62,824 nucleotides of DNA, from NCBI GenBank assembly GCA_018303925.1, contig JAGVXF010000010.1, positions 1 to 62,824 on the forward strand. The letters run 5' to 3'. Source of the stretch: Candidatus Pacearchaeota archaeon (lineage in GTDB: Archaea > Nanobdellota > Nanobdellia > Pacearchaeales > GW2011-AR1). The notes below the pieces were generated by a model, which made no database searches, was not told the origin of the DNA, and saw only the letters and a list, made by a program, of their open reading frames with translations. Positions 39,236 through 48,266 of the stretch are shown here, in pieces; within the stretch, counting starts at the first letter, position 1; each line of letters starts with the position of its first letter. The position numbers and the translations under genes were made by a program.

Positions 39236-39804
39236 ATGGGGACTTTTGACAACACTTACTATAATTCTGCAGTTTATGATTTGTCGGCGGGTTTTCATAC
39301 ATTCACTTTTTATGGAATAGAAAGGGGAACTCTTCTTGATAATATACAATTACTTCCTTATTCAGAGAGTGCACCGACGGTGCCCGATAATTTTACTTTT
39401 CAATCTCAGATTTTGAGGAGACGGAGTTTGTAATGGTGCTGAAACATCGACGACATGCGCAAGTGACTGTGGAAATCTCCCTTTAAATTATTATGCTGTG
39501 ACTTTTAAAAAGGGGAGATTCAGGAAGCGATACTGAACAGGCTGGAGCTAAGTTAATCTTTTACAGCGACTCTGGAAACAGTCGGACACTTGATTTTATG
39601 GCTGATACACAAAACCCTCTTGACTTTATACCTGATGCACAAAGCACTCTGCCACCAACTTTATTCAAGGCGCTTGATATTCAAAAAGCAATTTTCAATG
39701 CAGGGATAGTCGCAAACAAGGTGGAGGTTATGCCATATTACCTTAATGAAAATGGTGAAGAGATGATACGCACAACTTCAACATCGTTAGATTTTGATTT
39801 ATAA
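39236..39804 (+). pseudogene. Decayed multi-frame remnant paralogous to the 5' part of 37962-39221
   Basis: Pieces in three frames: GVCNGAETSTTCASDCG, then AGAKLIFYSDSGNSRTLDF (compare VGAKVIFYNDAGSSRTLDF), then VEVMPYYLNENGEEMIRTTSTSLDF (compare VEVAPYYIDQATGEEKICTNSATLDF). Confidence 0.55.
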
Positions 39805-39894
39805 ATTTATTTTTTTATAAATTTTGTTGGAAAAGAAGGCTTGAGGAAACAATGAAAGCTAAAATATAGGGAAAAGAGTTATTTGGGAAATCTG

Positions 39895-41079
39895 TTAATT
39901 ATTTTTTTCTTTTATAATATAAACTTCGTCGTTAACCCTTACTTTTGGAAGTTTTATTCCGACTTCTTCTCCCTTGGATGCCTTTTCTACCGAACTATTT
40001 TTTATCTCTAAACTTTCAATTTTTATTTTTTCAATCCCAGTCGTATTTCCTATAATTGCGATATTATCTCCAACTTTTAATTCTCCGGTTGAAAGAAGGA
40101 TTGCCCCTGCTTTTGCTTGTGGGTAATAGTGCGTGACTTTTCCTATAAATTGTTTTGTTGTTGTTGCCGATGAATTTTCAACAGTTGAAAAGTCGTCAGA
40201 TGTTGGAGTGCCAAGGTAAAAGCCTGACGAAAAGCCCCTATTGTAAACTTTCTTAAGTTCATCCAGCCCTTCTTTAATTTCCTCTTTTGTTAATTTTTTG
40301 TCAAGGGCTTTTCTGTAGATTCTGACGACACTATCCACATATCTTGCATCCCTATTTCTTCCTTCAATTTTGAAGGAGGTAATTCCGGCATCTTTTAGTT
40401 TTTCTATGAAGGGAAGGGAGCAGAGGTCCTTTGCTGACATCACAGTATTTCTGTTTATTTTTAATTTTCTTCCTTCATCGTCTGTTAGGATGTAACTTCT
40501 CCTGCAAACCTGCGCGCACATTCCCCTGTTTGCGCTTCTTTTGAAAAGGTGCTCCGACATAAAACATCTTCCTGAAACTGCAACACACATTGCACCATGA
40601 ACAAAGCATTCAACAGGAATTATTTTTGAAATTTCTTTTATCTGCTCTAAATTCAATTCTCTTGCTAAGACTATTCTTTCTGCACCGAGGTTTTTATAGA
40701 ACTTTGCCGATTCTGAGTTTGAAACAGAAGCCTGCGTTGAAATATGAAAAGGAATTTTTAATTTACGGCATAAGTTTATTACAGATAAATCCCAGCAGAT
40801 TACAGCATCGACCCTTCCCTTAACTTTTTTTAGAATCTCTTCAATTTTTTTTGTCTCTTCATCGTAAATAATCACATTTATAGTAAGATATTTTTTTATC
40901 TTTGCTCCGCAAATTTTATTTATTTTATCAAGTTCTTCAATTGCAAAATTTTTTGCGTTGTTTCTCATTGAGAATTCTTTTATGCCAAAATAAACCGCGT
41001 CGGCTCCCGCTTTAACTGCTGAAGAGAGCATTGAAAAATTTCCCGCCGGGGCCATAATTTCATATTTTTTATTTTTCAT
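39895..41079 (-). CDS. Peptidase U32-family protein
   Basis: N-terminal EIMAPAGNFSMLSSAVKAGADAVYFG and overall U32 layout, 394 aa. Confidence 0.85.
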   Translation of the reverse strand: MKNKKYEIMAPAGNFSMLSSAVKAGADAVYFGIKEFSMRNNAKNFAIEELDKINKICGAKIKKYLTINVIIYDEETKKIEEILKKVKGRVDAVICWDLSVINLCRKLKIPFHISTQASVSNSESAKFYKNLGAERIVLARELNLEQIKEISKIIPVECFVHGAMCVAVSGRCFMSEHLFKRSANRGMCAQVCRRSYILTDDEGRKLKINRNTVMSAKDLCSLPFIEKLKDAGITSFKIEGRNRDARYVDSVVRIYRKALDKKLTKEEIKEGLDELKKVYNRGFSSGFYLGTPTSDDFSTVENSSATTTKQFIGKVTHYYPQAKAGAILLSTGELKVGDNIAIIGNTTGIEKIKIESLEIKNSSVEKASKGEEVGIKLPKVRVNDEVYIIKEKNN

Positions 41080-41448
41080 AAAAAAGAGAAAGACGGAGAG
41101 TTTTTAAGATTTCTTAATCCTGCAAAATGAAACATTTTTAGAAAGTCTTGAAGTTATGATTGCTGATATGTATGAGGGATTCAGGATAAATATCAATTCC
41201 CATAAAAACATTTTATAATCTCCTAAATTGTGGATGGCTACAAAAATAAATTTTTTATTGAAAAACCTTGATTCGATGGTCTTTAAGTTTTAAGTGAAAA
41301 GAAAAAAATATAAATAAAATAATAATTTCGGGAGTTAGTAACAATATTTGTGTTAAAAAATGGTTACGAAACTTTTACTTCAAAAGATTTTAATGGGTGA
41401 TATCAAGGAAGGTGCACGAAATATTAATTACTTTAGCATTTAATCCCA

Positions 41449-41757
41449 TCATTTCTTCTTTGCATCCTTTTTCTTGTTTTTATTTTTCCATGTTTCAAAA
41501 ATGAGTTTGTTTTTCTCAAATTTGAATCTTGAGAAAACGAAAAAGTATAAAATTGCAACGGCTCCGAATGTTCCAGCAATTGTGAAAGGAAGCGAGATAT
41601 AACTAAACAGCCCCACTAAAAATAGAAGAATAAACCATGGCCAGTGACTCTTTTTTGCTGCTTTCCACATTGCAAGAAGCTCCCAGGTAATTCCCCAGAC
41701 TAATACCAAGATGCTTATTACCTCTTGTCCAATTGGAGTAGCCAAAAATTCAAACAT
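41449..41757 (-). CDS. Small 3-TM membrane protein
   Basis: Start moved to MFEFLATPIG; the upstream extension looks like promoter DNA. Confidence 0.45.
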   Translation of the reverse strand: MFEFLATPIGQEVISILVLVWGITWELLAMWKAAKKSHWPWFILLFLVGLFSYISLPFTIAGTFGAVAILYFFVFSRFKFEKNKLIFETWKNKNKKKDAKKK

Positions 41758-41896
41758 AGAATAAACAAGATATTTTCTTTTAAAAAGATTGTGAATTTTT
41801 AGTATGCCAGCTAAACTTGCAAACCTCCTAAAATTTTTCATTTCAAAATAGTCAAGAAACTTTAAATACATCCAATTTTATTTTCAACCTGTTAAA

Positions 41897-41945
41897 TACC
41901 ACTTGTGGTAACAAAAAGAGGTTATAAGTGCAATAGGTTGCACTT
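41897..41945. promoter_or_regulatory. Two palindromes spaced 32 bp centre to centre over the nrdR-nrdJ promoter; candidate NrdR boxes
   Basis: TACCAC-TT-GTGGTA (41897-41910) and AAGTGCAA-TAGG-TTGCACTT (41926-41945). TATA-like TTAAATA lies at 41892-41898 and TTATAAG at 41922-41928. Confidence 0.45.
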
Positions 41946-41955
41946 GAAAAAAATT

Positions 41956-42393
41956 ATGAATTGCCCGTTTTGCCATAGTACAACATTAAAGGTAACCAAT
42001 AAAAGAAATTCTATTGAAGGGATAAGGAGAAGAAGAGAATGCTTGAAATGCAAAAAACGTTTTACTACGTATGAAAAAATTGCCGAATACGACATTTATG
42101 TCATTAAAAAGGACTCTTCAAGGGAAAAATTTGACCCAGACAAACTGAAAATGGGGCTTGACAAAGCTTTTGAAAAAAGGCCGGTCTCAAAAGATAAAAT
42201 AAATTCAATAGTTTCGGAGATTGAAGAACTGATAAGAAAAAAAGGGAAAACGGAAATAAGGAGCAAATTAATAGGGGAGATTATGATGAAGAAAATAAAA
42301 AAACTTGACAAGGTGGCTTACGTCAGATTTGCATCAGTTTACAGGGATTTTAAGGATATAGAAGATTTTAAAGAGGAATTGAAGGAGTTATAA
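41956..42393 (+). CDS. nrdR: NrdR transcriptional repressor (zinc ribbon plus ATP-cone)
   Basis: MNCPFCHS...CLKCKKRFTTYE zinc ribbon followed by an ATP-cone (VIKKDSSREKFDPDKL...). The stop overlaps the nrdJ start. Confidence 0.9.
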   Translation: MNCPFCHSTTLKVTNKRNSIEGIRRRRECLKCKKRFTTYEKIAEYDIYVIKKDSSREKFDPDKLKMGLDKAFEKRPVSKDKINSIVSEIEELIRKKGKTEIRSKLIGEIMMKKIKKLDKVAYVRFASVYRDFKDIEDFKEELKEL

Positions 42394-44894
42394 TGACGGA
42401 TGAAAATTTAAATAAACCGCTGAAAAAATTAACAAACCTTAATATGAATATTAATCAATTGAAAGTCATTAAGGACAAATACCTTAAAGATTCTCCTACA
42501 GTGGAAGACTGGATAAGAGCAATTTGCCACAGCATTGCACTCTCTGAGATTCTTCATTCTGGAAAAGTAAGCGATGAAGAAATCTTTCGCGGAATTAACC
42601 ATGAAATCATTTCATATGATTCAATGGGAAAAACGGGAAAAATGTATTTACTTCATAAGGGGCTTGAGGATCATAATGAAAGAAAGAAAAATTTTAATAA
42701 ATTCATACAAAACCTGGAAGGAATAAATAAAAAATATCCCGAACTAATAAAAGAAACAGAAGAGAAATTTTACAATCTTTTATCAAGTTTTAATTTTTTG
42801 CCGAATTCCCCCACCTTAATGAATGCGGGAAGGGAACTTCAGCAGTTGTCGGCATGCTTTGTTTTACCTGTGGGTGATTCAATTGAAGAAATTTATGAAT
42901 CTTTGAAAAATATGGCTTTAGTTCACAAGAGCGGAGGAGGAACCGGGTTCTCATTTTCAAATTTGAGGCCCGCAAAAGATGTTGTGATTTCAACAAAAGG
43001 AATTTCTTCAGGCCCTCTTTCATTCATGCAGATTTTTGATAAGTCTACGGAAGTTGTCAAGCAGGGAGGTACAAGAAGAGGAGCAAATATGGGTATTCTT
43101 CATTACACGCATCCCGATATACTCAAGTTTATTGACATGAAAAAAACGCCGGGGGTTATGGAGAATTTTAATGTTTCTGTTACAATAGATGAAAGGTTCA
43201 TGAATGCAGTTAAAAATAACAAGGAATATGAATTAATTAATCCAAGAAGCCATGAGATTGCTGGAAAAATTAATGCAAAAGATGTCTGGGATAAACTCGT
43301 CAGAGGAGCCTGGGAGACAGGAGACCCCGGGATAATAATTATTGACAGAATAAACAATACAGGAAGTAATGCGACACCTCACCTTGGGCAAATTGAATCA
43401 ACGAATCCATGCGGTGAACAGCCTCTTTTGCCGTATGAGCCCTGTAATCTTGGCTCAATAAATCTTTCAAATTTTGTTGATGAGAACAAAAAAAATTTTG
43501 ACTATGAAAAACTAATTGAGACTGTAAAACTTTCGACAAGATTTCTTGATGATGTTATAGATGTAAATTGCTATCCTATCCCGAAAATTGAAGAAATCGC
43601 AAAAAAAACAAGAAGAATTGGTCTTGGGGTTATGGGATGGGCGGAAGCACTTGTTAAATTGAAAATTCCATACAATTCTCCTGAAGCCCTTCTTAAAGCT
43701 GAAGAATTAATGAAAGTGATAAATGAAACGTGCCTTGAGTATTCAAACGAGCTTGCAAAAACCCGGGGAGTTTTTCCTGCTTTTAAAGGAAGTGTTTATG
43801 ACAAAGAAGGTCCTTACTTTAGGAATTACGAAACTTATCCCAGACATTCAGCAAGAACAACAATTGCACCAACGGGGACAATTGCAATTACTGCGGGTCT
43901 GCAAGGGTCGGGAATTGAGCCGTTTTTTGCAGTTGCTTATGTGAGATATAATGCTGCCGGAATCGACGCTTTAAAAAAAGGAGAAACTCCTTCTGGGAAA
44001 GATACCTTTTTTGAAGTAAATCCACTTTTTGAAAAAATCGCCAGAGAAAACAATTATTTTGGTCTTAAAAAAGAAGACCTTTATATAAAAGTTAATGACA
44101 ATCACAAATCCTTATTGGGAATAAAAGAAATTCCTGAAAAAATTCAAAAATTGTTTTTAACTTCACACGATCTAAACCCAAGGGAGCACGTTTTGATGCA
44201 GTGCTCCTTTCAAAAATATACAGACAATGCAGTATCAAAGACTGTCAATTTAAGAAATGAAGCAACTGTTGAAGATGTTGACGAAGTTTACAGGCTTGCT
44301 TACGAAAACGGCGCGAAAGGTGTTACGATCTACAGGGATGGGAGTAAGCAATTTCAGATTCTAAACATTAATGAAAAGGGTAAAAAAGAAGTAAAAAAAG
44401 ATTTGCCCGAGTTTGCTGACTATTACCCGCTCGAAACAGGCCAGGGTCCGATTCATATACATATAAATTACAATGAAGAAAGAATTTCAAAGATTTTTGC
44501 AAATTTGTCCCCTATCGGAACTGAAATTTCAGGAATGGCAACGTCCCTCGCAATTGTTCTTTCAAAATATTTTGAGCTTGGCGGAGACCCTGTGAGAATT
44601 TTAAAGCATCTTAATTCTATAAAGTCAGAAAAGCCTTACGGCTTTGGAAAAAACAGAGTTGATTCAGTTCCACATGCTTTTTCAATAGCAATAAGAAATC
44701 ACCTGATAAAAACAGGAAAATTAAAATCCATAGACAATGGAAATGGTTTTTTATATGCCAACGGAGAAGTTGCAGAAATTGATAAAAATGTGAAGACTCT
44801 TTATTGCTCTAAATGTTTTAGCTCCAACGTCGGAATGATTTCAGGATGCACAGAGCCAACATGCTTTGACTGCGGGTATAGTAAATGCAGTTGA
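42393..44894 (+). CDS. nrdJ: Class II (adenosylcobalamin-dependent) ribonucleotide reductase
   Basis: NPCGEQPLLPYEPCNLGSINL active-site region, 833 aa, C-terminal Cys-rich tail CSKC...CTEPTCFDCGYSKC. Confidence 0.95.
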   Translation: MTDENLNKPLKKLTNLNMNINQLKVIKDKYLKDSPTVEDWIRAICHSIALSEILHSGKVSDEEIFRGINHEIISYDSMGKTGKMYLLHKGLEDHNERKKNFNKFIQNLEGINKKYPELIKETEEKFYNLLSSFNFLPNSPTLMNAGRELQQLSACFVLPVGDSIEEIYESLKNMALVHKSGGGTGFSFSNLRPAKDVVISTKGISSGPLSFMQIFDKSTEVVKQGGTRRGANMGILHYTHPDILKFIDMKKTPGVMENFNVSVTIDERFMNAVKNNKEYELINPRSHEIAGKINAKDVWDKLVRGAWETGDPGIIIIDRINNTGSNATPHLGQIESTNPCGEQPLLPYEPCNLGSINLSNFVDENKKNFDYEKLIETVKLSTRFLDDVIDVNCYPIPKIEEIAKKTRRIGLGVMGWAEALVKLKIPYNSPEALLKAEELMKVINETCLEYSNELAKTRGVFPAFKGSVYDKEGPYFRNYETYPRHSARTTIAPTGTIAITAGLQGSGIEPFFAVAYVRYNAAGIDALKKGETPSGKDTFFEVNPLFEKIARENNYFGLKKEDLYIKVNDNHKSLLGIKEIPEKIQKLFLTSHDLNPREHVLMQCSFQKYTDNAVSKTVNLRNEATVEDVDEVYRLAYENGAKGVTIYRDGSKQFQILNINEKGKKEVKKDLPEFADYYPLETGQGPIHIHINYNEERISKIFANLSPIGTEISGMATSLAIVLSKYFELGGDPVRILKHLNSIKSEKPYGFGKNRVDSVPHAFSIAIRNHLIKTGKLKSIDNGNGFLYANGEVAEIDKNVKTLYCSKCFSSNVGMISGCTEPTCFDCGYSKCS

Positions 44895-45008
44895 ACATCG
44901 CAATTAAGAGACCTGAAAGGCACAAGGCGAAGCACTCGTGAGTTTTTTCTGCAAGAAAAAATACTGAAGCGAAGCGTAGGTATAGTATGACGCAGGAATT
45001 TGTTTAGG
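44890..45008 (+). repeat. Degenerate attC-like site A (good left arm, poor right arm)
   Basis: GTTGAAC-ATCGCAATTAAGAG overlaps the nrdJ TGA and matches the left arms of sites D and F. The only candidate right end is GGAATTT-GTTTAGG. The interior holds two GCGAAGC motifs and a TTTTTTCT-GCA-AGAAAAAA hairpin. Confidence 0.35.
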
Positions 45009-45037
45009 TTTTTACTTATCAAGAAAGATATTTCACA

Positions 45038-45358
45038 CTATCTACTAACTTTTTTATCGATAAATATAGCAATGATATAGATAATAACTAAATTGATAAG
45101 AAACAATAATATTGAGAAATTAGCTCCGAATACCATATCATCTATTATATAAGTTGGTGTAAAGAAAGCGGGAAATCCAATTCCTAATTGTGAATTAAAA
45201 CAATTTGCAGAACTGGTTACACACCTTAGCATTATTGCAAAAGGTAATCCACTTAAGAATTATTCAAGAATGAAATTAATTATTGTTAATGCTAATAGAC
45301 TTAGGAATGAGTATGTAATCTTATTTTTATTCGGTTTAATTAATTCTTTCCAGTTCAT
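45038..45358 (-). pseudogene. Small membrane-protein ORF interrupted by an in-frame TAA (45260-45262)
   Basis: MNWKELIKPNKNKITYSFLSLLALTIINFILE-TAA-FLSGLPFAIMLRCV... is in one frame. The track only lists the distal 64 codons. Confidence 0.35.
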
Positions 45359-45450
45359 CTATACAAAAATATCCAATTACTTATTAATATTGATCGGTAA
45401 TTTCAATCTAAGTAAAAAAACCGTTAAGAATAAATTCTGAGTAATATTGT

Positions 45451-45554
45451 TTATAACGTCAGGGATATACGAAGTTTTTCTGGAGCGAAGCGGAAGAAAA
45501 ATTTGAGCGAAGCTCGAGTGGCAGAGCGAAGCGAAAGTCTGCAAGACGTTCCCA
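45451..45554 (+). repeat. Weak attC-like site B
   Basis: TTATAACGTCAGG...CTGCAAGACGTTCCC, where AACGTC and GACGTT are complementary. The interior carries three GCGAAGC motifs. The core boxes fit the RYYYAAC/GTTRRRY consensus poorly. Confidence 0.3.
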
Positions 45555-45597
45555 AAATCAGAATGATTTTGAGTTCAAAAAAGTGCGATACAATAAA

Positions 45598-45605
45598 TTT
45601 ATATA
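45598..45605 (+). promoter_or_regulatory. TATA box for ORF 45628
   Basis: TTTATATA lies 23 nt upstream of the ATG (leaderless-type spacing). Confidence 0.5.
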
Positions 45606-45627
45606 ATTCTTTAGAATTATCCTTTTT

Positions 45628-46137
45628 ATGGTAGAAATTGTTTTTCAAAGAAAGTATAAAGTAGATAGAGATTCTTTTTCCGAAGAAATAAGAACAAAAT
45701 TTAGTTTTGCTAATGAATATTTTGAAGTTTTGTTAAGTGAAACAGAAGGAGAATCGAAAAATACAGACAGTTTCATTCTAAAAATAATAAAAAGACAAAA
45801 CTTCAAAGAAGAATATACTAAGTTAAATGAAAAAGAAAAGGAATTTGCAAGAGATTTAATTTATACAATTATACAATTAAATCCAAAATTAATTGAAAAG
45901 AAATTTGTCCTGAATGCTCTTTCTAATGAAGAAGCAAAAGGGAAGAAAGCAATTATGAGTTCATTAGAATTGATTGACAAATTTCTTGAAGAAAAAGAAA
46001 AAAATAAAAATAATAAACAAATTCCTTTTCTTGAATCTCAAAACAAATTTTTTTGGATAATAACTGCGGTTGGAAAAAGAATCGTTTCAGCAAATTCTGA
46101 TTATATAGAAAAAAACAATTTCGTAAAAATACTCTAA
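45628..46137 (+). CDS. Hypothetical cassette protein
   Basis: 169-codon ORF, followed 20 nt later by attC-like site C. Confidence 0.45.
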   Translation: MVEIVFQRKYKVDRDSFSEEIRTKFSFANEYFEVLLSETEGESKNTDSFILKIIKRQNFKEEYTKLNEKEKEFARDLIYTIIQLNPKLIEKKFVLNALSNEEAKGKKAIMSSLELIDKFLEEKEKNKNNKQIPFLESQNKFFWIITAVGKRIVSANSDYIEKNNFVKIL

Positions 46138-46156
46138 GAGCACTTTTTTGAATTTC

Positions 46157-46246
46157 ATTTAACATCAGGATTATGAGAAGTTCGCCGTAGGCGAATTTAG
46201 GTGTAGCGAGGTGCAACCGAGCGAAACCGTTAAATCGCTGTTAGTT
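46157..46246 (+). repeat. attC-like site C
   Basis: ATTTAAC-ATCAGGATTATGAG...CCGTTAAATCGCT-GTTAGTT. The arms pair over about 10 bp with bulges on the left arm. Central TTCGCC-GTA-GGCGAA hairpin. Confidence 0.6.
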
Positions 46247-46251
46247 GCCCA

Positions 46252-46300
46252 CGAATACTTGGAGTGGTTGATTTTTAGTGCAACGATGCCGAAGGCAAAA
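46252..46300 (+). repeat. 49-nt conserved block, copy 1 (direct repeat of 50199-50247)
   Basis: CGAATACTTGGAGTGGTTGATTTTTAGTGCAACGATGCCGAAGGCAAAA; 47 of 49 positions are identical to copy 2. Confidence 0.9.
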
Positions 46301-46405
46301 TTTTAGAGTTAAAGCGAACTCTGGGATGGTGGGAACGCCAGAAATTTTTATAATATTTCAGATTGTCGCCGTCGTTTTCGTAAGTTGGGGGGCAGTAGTT
46401 TTTTG

Positions 46406-46428
46406 CTTCTTTTTTTCTAAAAAAGAAG
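46406..46428. repeat. T/A palindrome CTTCTTTTTT-TCT-AAAAAAGAAG followed by a G-run (block 2, copy 1)
   Basis: Perfect 10-bp arms. Related copies lie at 50303-50323 and 52289-52310, and an inverted degenerate copy at about 49817-49845. Confidence 0.85.
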
Positions 46429-46474
46429 AATTTTTGAGGGGGTTTCGGTCGTCACTATATAATGGGCCAAAAGA

Positions 46475-46482
46475 TTTAAATA
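46475..46482 (+). promoter_or_regulatory. TATA box for the RHH-methyltransferase operon
   Basis: The context CCAAAAGATTTAAATA is conserved with 50347-50363. Confidence 0.5.
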
Positions 46483-46526
46483 TAATGCTCATTTATTTAC
46501 ATTTGTATTCAAATGAGGGAAATAAA

Positions 46527-46667
46527 ATGGTTCAAAAAAATGTGACTCTAAGTCTTGATGAAGACACTTACGAAAAATATAGAGAATTTTGTAAGAAAAA
46601 TGCTGTTGCCTTATCAAGAAGTATAGAAGTATTCATGGAAGAAAAAACAAAAAGGGGGGAAAAATGA
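46527..46667 (+). CDS. Ribbon-helix-helix (CopG/controller-like) protein
   Basis: MVQKNVTLSLDEDTYEKYREFCKKNAVALSRSIEVFMEE fits a beta-strand plus two-helix RHH pattern. It overlaps the methyltransferase start. The upstream part of track ORF 46278-46667 is repeat DNA. Confidence 0.55.
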   Translation: MVQKNVTLSLDEDTYEKYREFCKKNAVALSRSIEVFMEEKTKRGEK

Positions 46668-48265
46668 GCCAAGAACTTTTATCAGTAGGTCAGGCATCTC
46701 AATGGGCGAGTGATTATTTAGACAGACCCGTGACTACTTCCAATATTAGTTATTTAATCCAGTACGCAAAAATTAAGAAATATCTTGATGAAGAAAAGAA
46801 AATAAAAGTCAATCTAAATGAATTAAAAGAATATTATGATGAAAATTTAGTAAAAAAACAAGAGTCATGGAAAAGCCAATTAGGGAAAGATTTAAACTGG
46901 GCATTATCTTTCTCGCATTTAAGAGAATCTGATACGACAAAACACGTTCATAGACTACACCCCTATAAAGGAAAGTTTATACCTCAACTTGTAGAATATT
47001 TCTTGGATTCTCATCTAAACACTTTTAAGAAAAAGGTCTTTTTTAAAGAAGGTAATATAATTCTTGACCCATTTATGGGAAGCGGAACAACGCTCGTTCA
47101 ATCATCCGAGATAGGTTTACATTCCATTGGGATAGATGTTTCTGATTTTAATTGTTTAATTTCCAAAGTTAAAATTGAAAAATATGATTTAGTTAGATTG
47201 GATAGAAAAGCAAGAGACATTTGTTTTAAAACAAGAGAATTTAGCCAAAAAGTATTTGATGATTCATTTGATGAACAATTAAAAGAAAAATTAAACGAAT
47301 TTAATAAAAAATATTTTCCTAATCCTGAGTTTAAGAGTAATGTTTGGAAAGGTATAATTAGAAACGAAGAACAATATGGGGAAGAAAAGTTAAAGCAGTT
47401 TCTAAAGGAAAATGAAGAATTTTTTAAAAAGAATGGAACAAAAGACAAATCTAACTTATTAAGTGAAAAAGAGATGAATAATTTTCTCAATAAGTGGTTT
47501 TCAAGAAGAGTAAGACAAGAATTATTTTATTATATAAAACTTTTAAGGGAAATTGGGGATGAAGACTTAAAAAATGTTCTAAGAATTATTTTAAGTAGAA
47601 CTGCTCGTTCGTGTAGGGCTACAACCCACTCGGATTTAGCGACATTAACAGAACCTCAAAATGGACCATATTATTGTAGAAAACACAAGAAATTATGCAC
47701 CCCGATAAACTCTATTGTTAAACACTTAATAAGATACACTTATGACACAATAAACAGATTAAATGAGTTTTCTAAATTAAAAAAAAGTGTATTTAGTAAT
47801 GTTATTCATGGAGATTCAAGAGAAGTAGATATTTTTGGAGAAATCAAAACGCAAAATCCTGAATTTTACAAGTTTTTAGTAAATAAAAAAATAGATGGAG
47901 TTTTTACTTCTCCGCCTTATGTTGGTCAAATAGATTACCATGAACAACACGCTTATGCTTATGAGCTTTTTGATATTGCAAGAAAAGATGATAAAGAAAT
48001 AGGCCCTTTATTCAACGGACAAGGACAGAAAGCAAGGGAGGAATATGTTAAAGGGATAAGCAAAGTTTTCATAAATATAAGTAAATTTGTAAAAGATGAT
48101 GGAGACTTTTTTGTTGTTGCAAATGATAAATATAATCTTTATCCTATAATTGCTGAAAAAAGCGGATTAAAAATAGTAGAACAATTTAAAAGACCTGTTC
48201 TAAACCGAACAGAGCGAGATAGACAACCTTATGCAGAGATTATATTTCATATGAGAAAAAAGTAA
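46664..48265 (+). CDS. Type II DNA methyltransferase (N4-C or N6-A, SPPY type; motif I precedes motif IV)
   Basis: HRLHPYKGKFIPQL and LDPFMGSGTT (motif I) lie near aa 95-155. VFTSPPYVGQIDY (motif IV) lies near aa 415. Confidence 0.85.
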   Translation: MSQELLSVGQASQWASDYLDRPVTTSNISYLIQYAKIKKYLDEEKKIKVNLNELKEYYDENLVKKQESWKSQLGKDLNWALSFSHLRESDTTKHVHRLHPYKGKFIPQLVEYFLDSHLNTFKKKVFFKEGNIILDPFMGSGTTLVQSSEIGLHSIGIDVSDFNCLISKVKIEKYDLVRLDRKARDICFKTREFSQKVFDDSFDEQLKEKLNEFNKKYFPNPEFKSNVWKGIIRNEEQYGEEKLKQFLKENEEFFKKNGTKDKSNLLSEKEMNNFLNKWFSRRVRQELFYYIKLLREIGDEDLKNVLRIILSRTARSCRATTHSDLATLTEPQNGPYYCRKHKKLCTPINSIVKHLIRYTYDTINRLNEFSKLKKSVFSNVIHGDSREVDIFGEIKTQNPEFYKFLVNKKIDGVFTSPPYVGQIDYHEQHAYAYELFDIARKDDKEIGPLFNGQGQKAREEYVKGISKVFINISKFVKDDGDFFVVANDKYNLYPIIAEKSGLKIVEQFKRPVLNRTERDRQPYAEIIFHMRKK

Positions 48266-48266
48266 T

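Noticed and set aside
41112-41130. TTCTTAATCCTGC resembling the right arm of attC-like sites D and F
   Set aside because: There is no complementary left arm or AAC/GTT boxes nearby. It is an isolated partial match in AT-rich intergenic DNA.
42393-44894. Intein or other insertion in nrdJ
   Set aside because: The length (833 aa) is normal for class II RNR. No intein block motifs or Cys/Ser-His-Asn junctions were seen around the active-site region.
21451-45262. Reassignment of TAA to a sense codon, suggested by three in-frame TAA interruptions
   Set aside because: TAA terminates highly conserved genes at their expected ends (aIF2-gamma, S6e, aIF5B, L10e). TGA and TAG are also used as stops. 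Standard code with pseudogenes or errors is more parsimonious.
46278-46526. N-terminal 83 codons of track ORF 46278-46667
   Set aside because: This stretch is a translation of the conserved repeat block, palindrome and TATA box. The real gene most likely starts at the ATG at 46527 (RHH protein).
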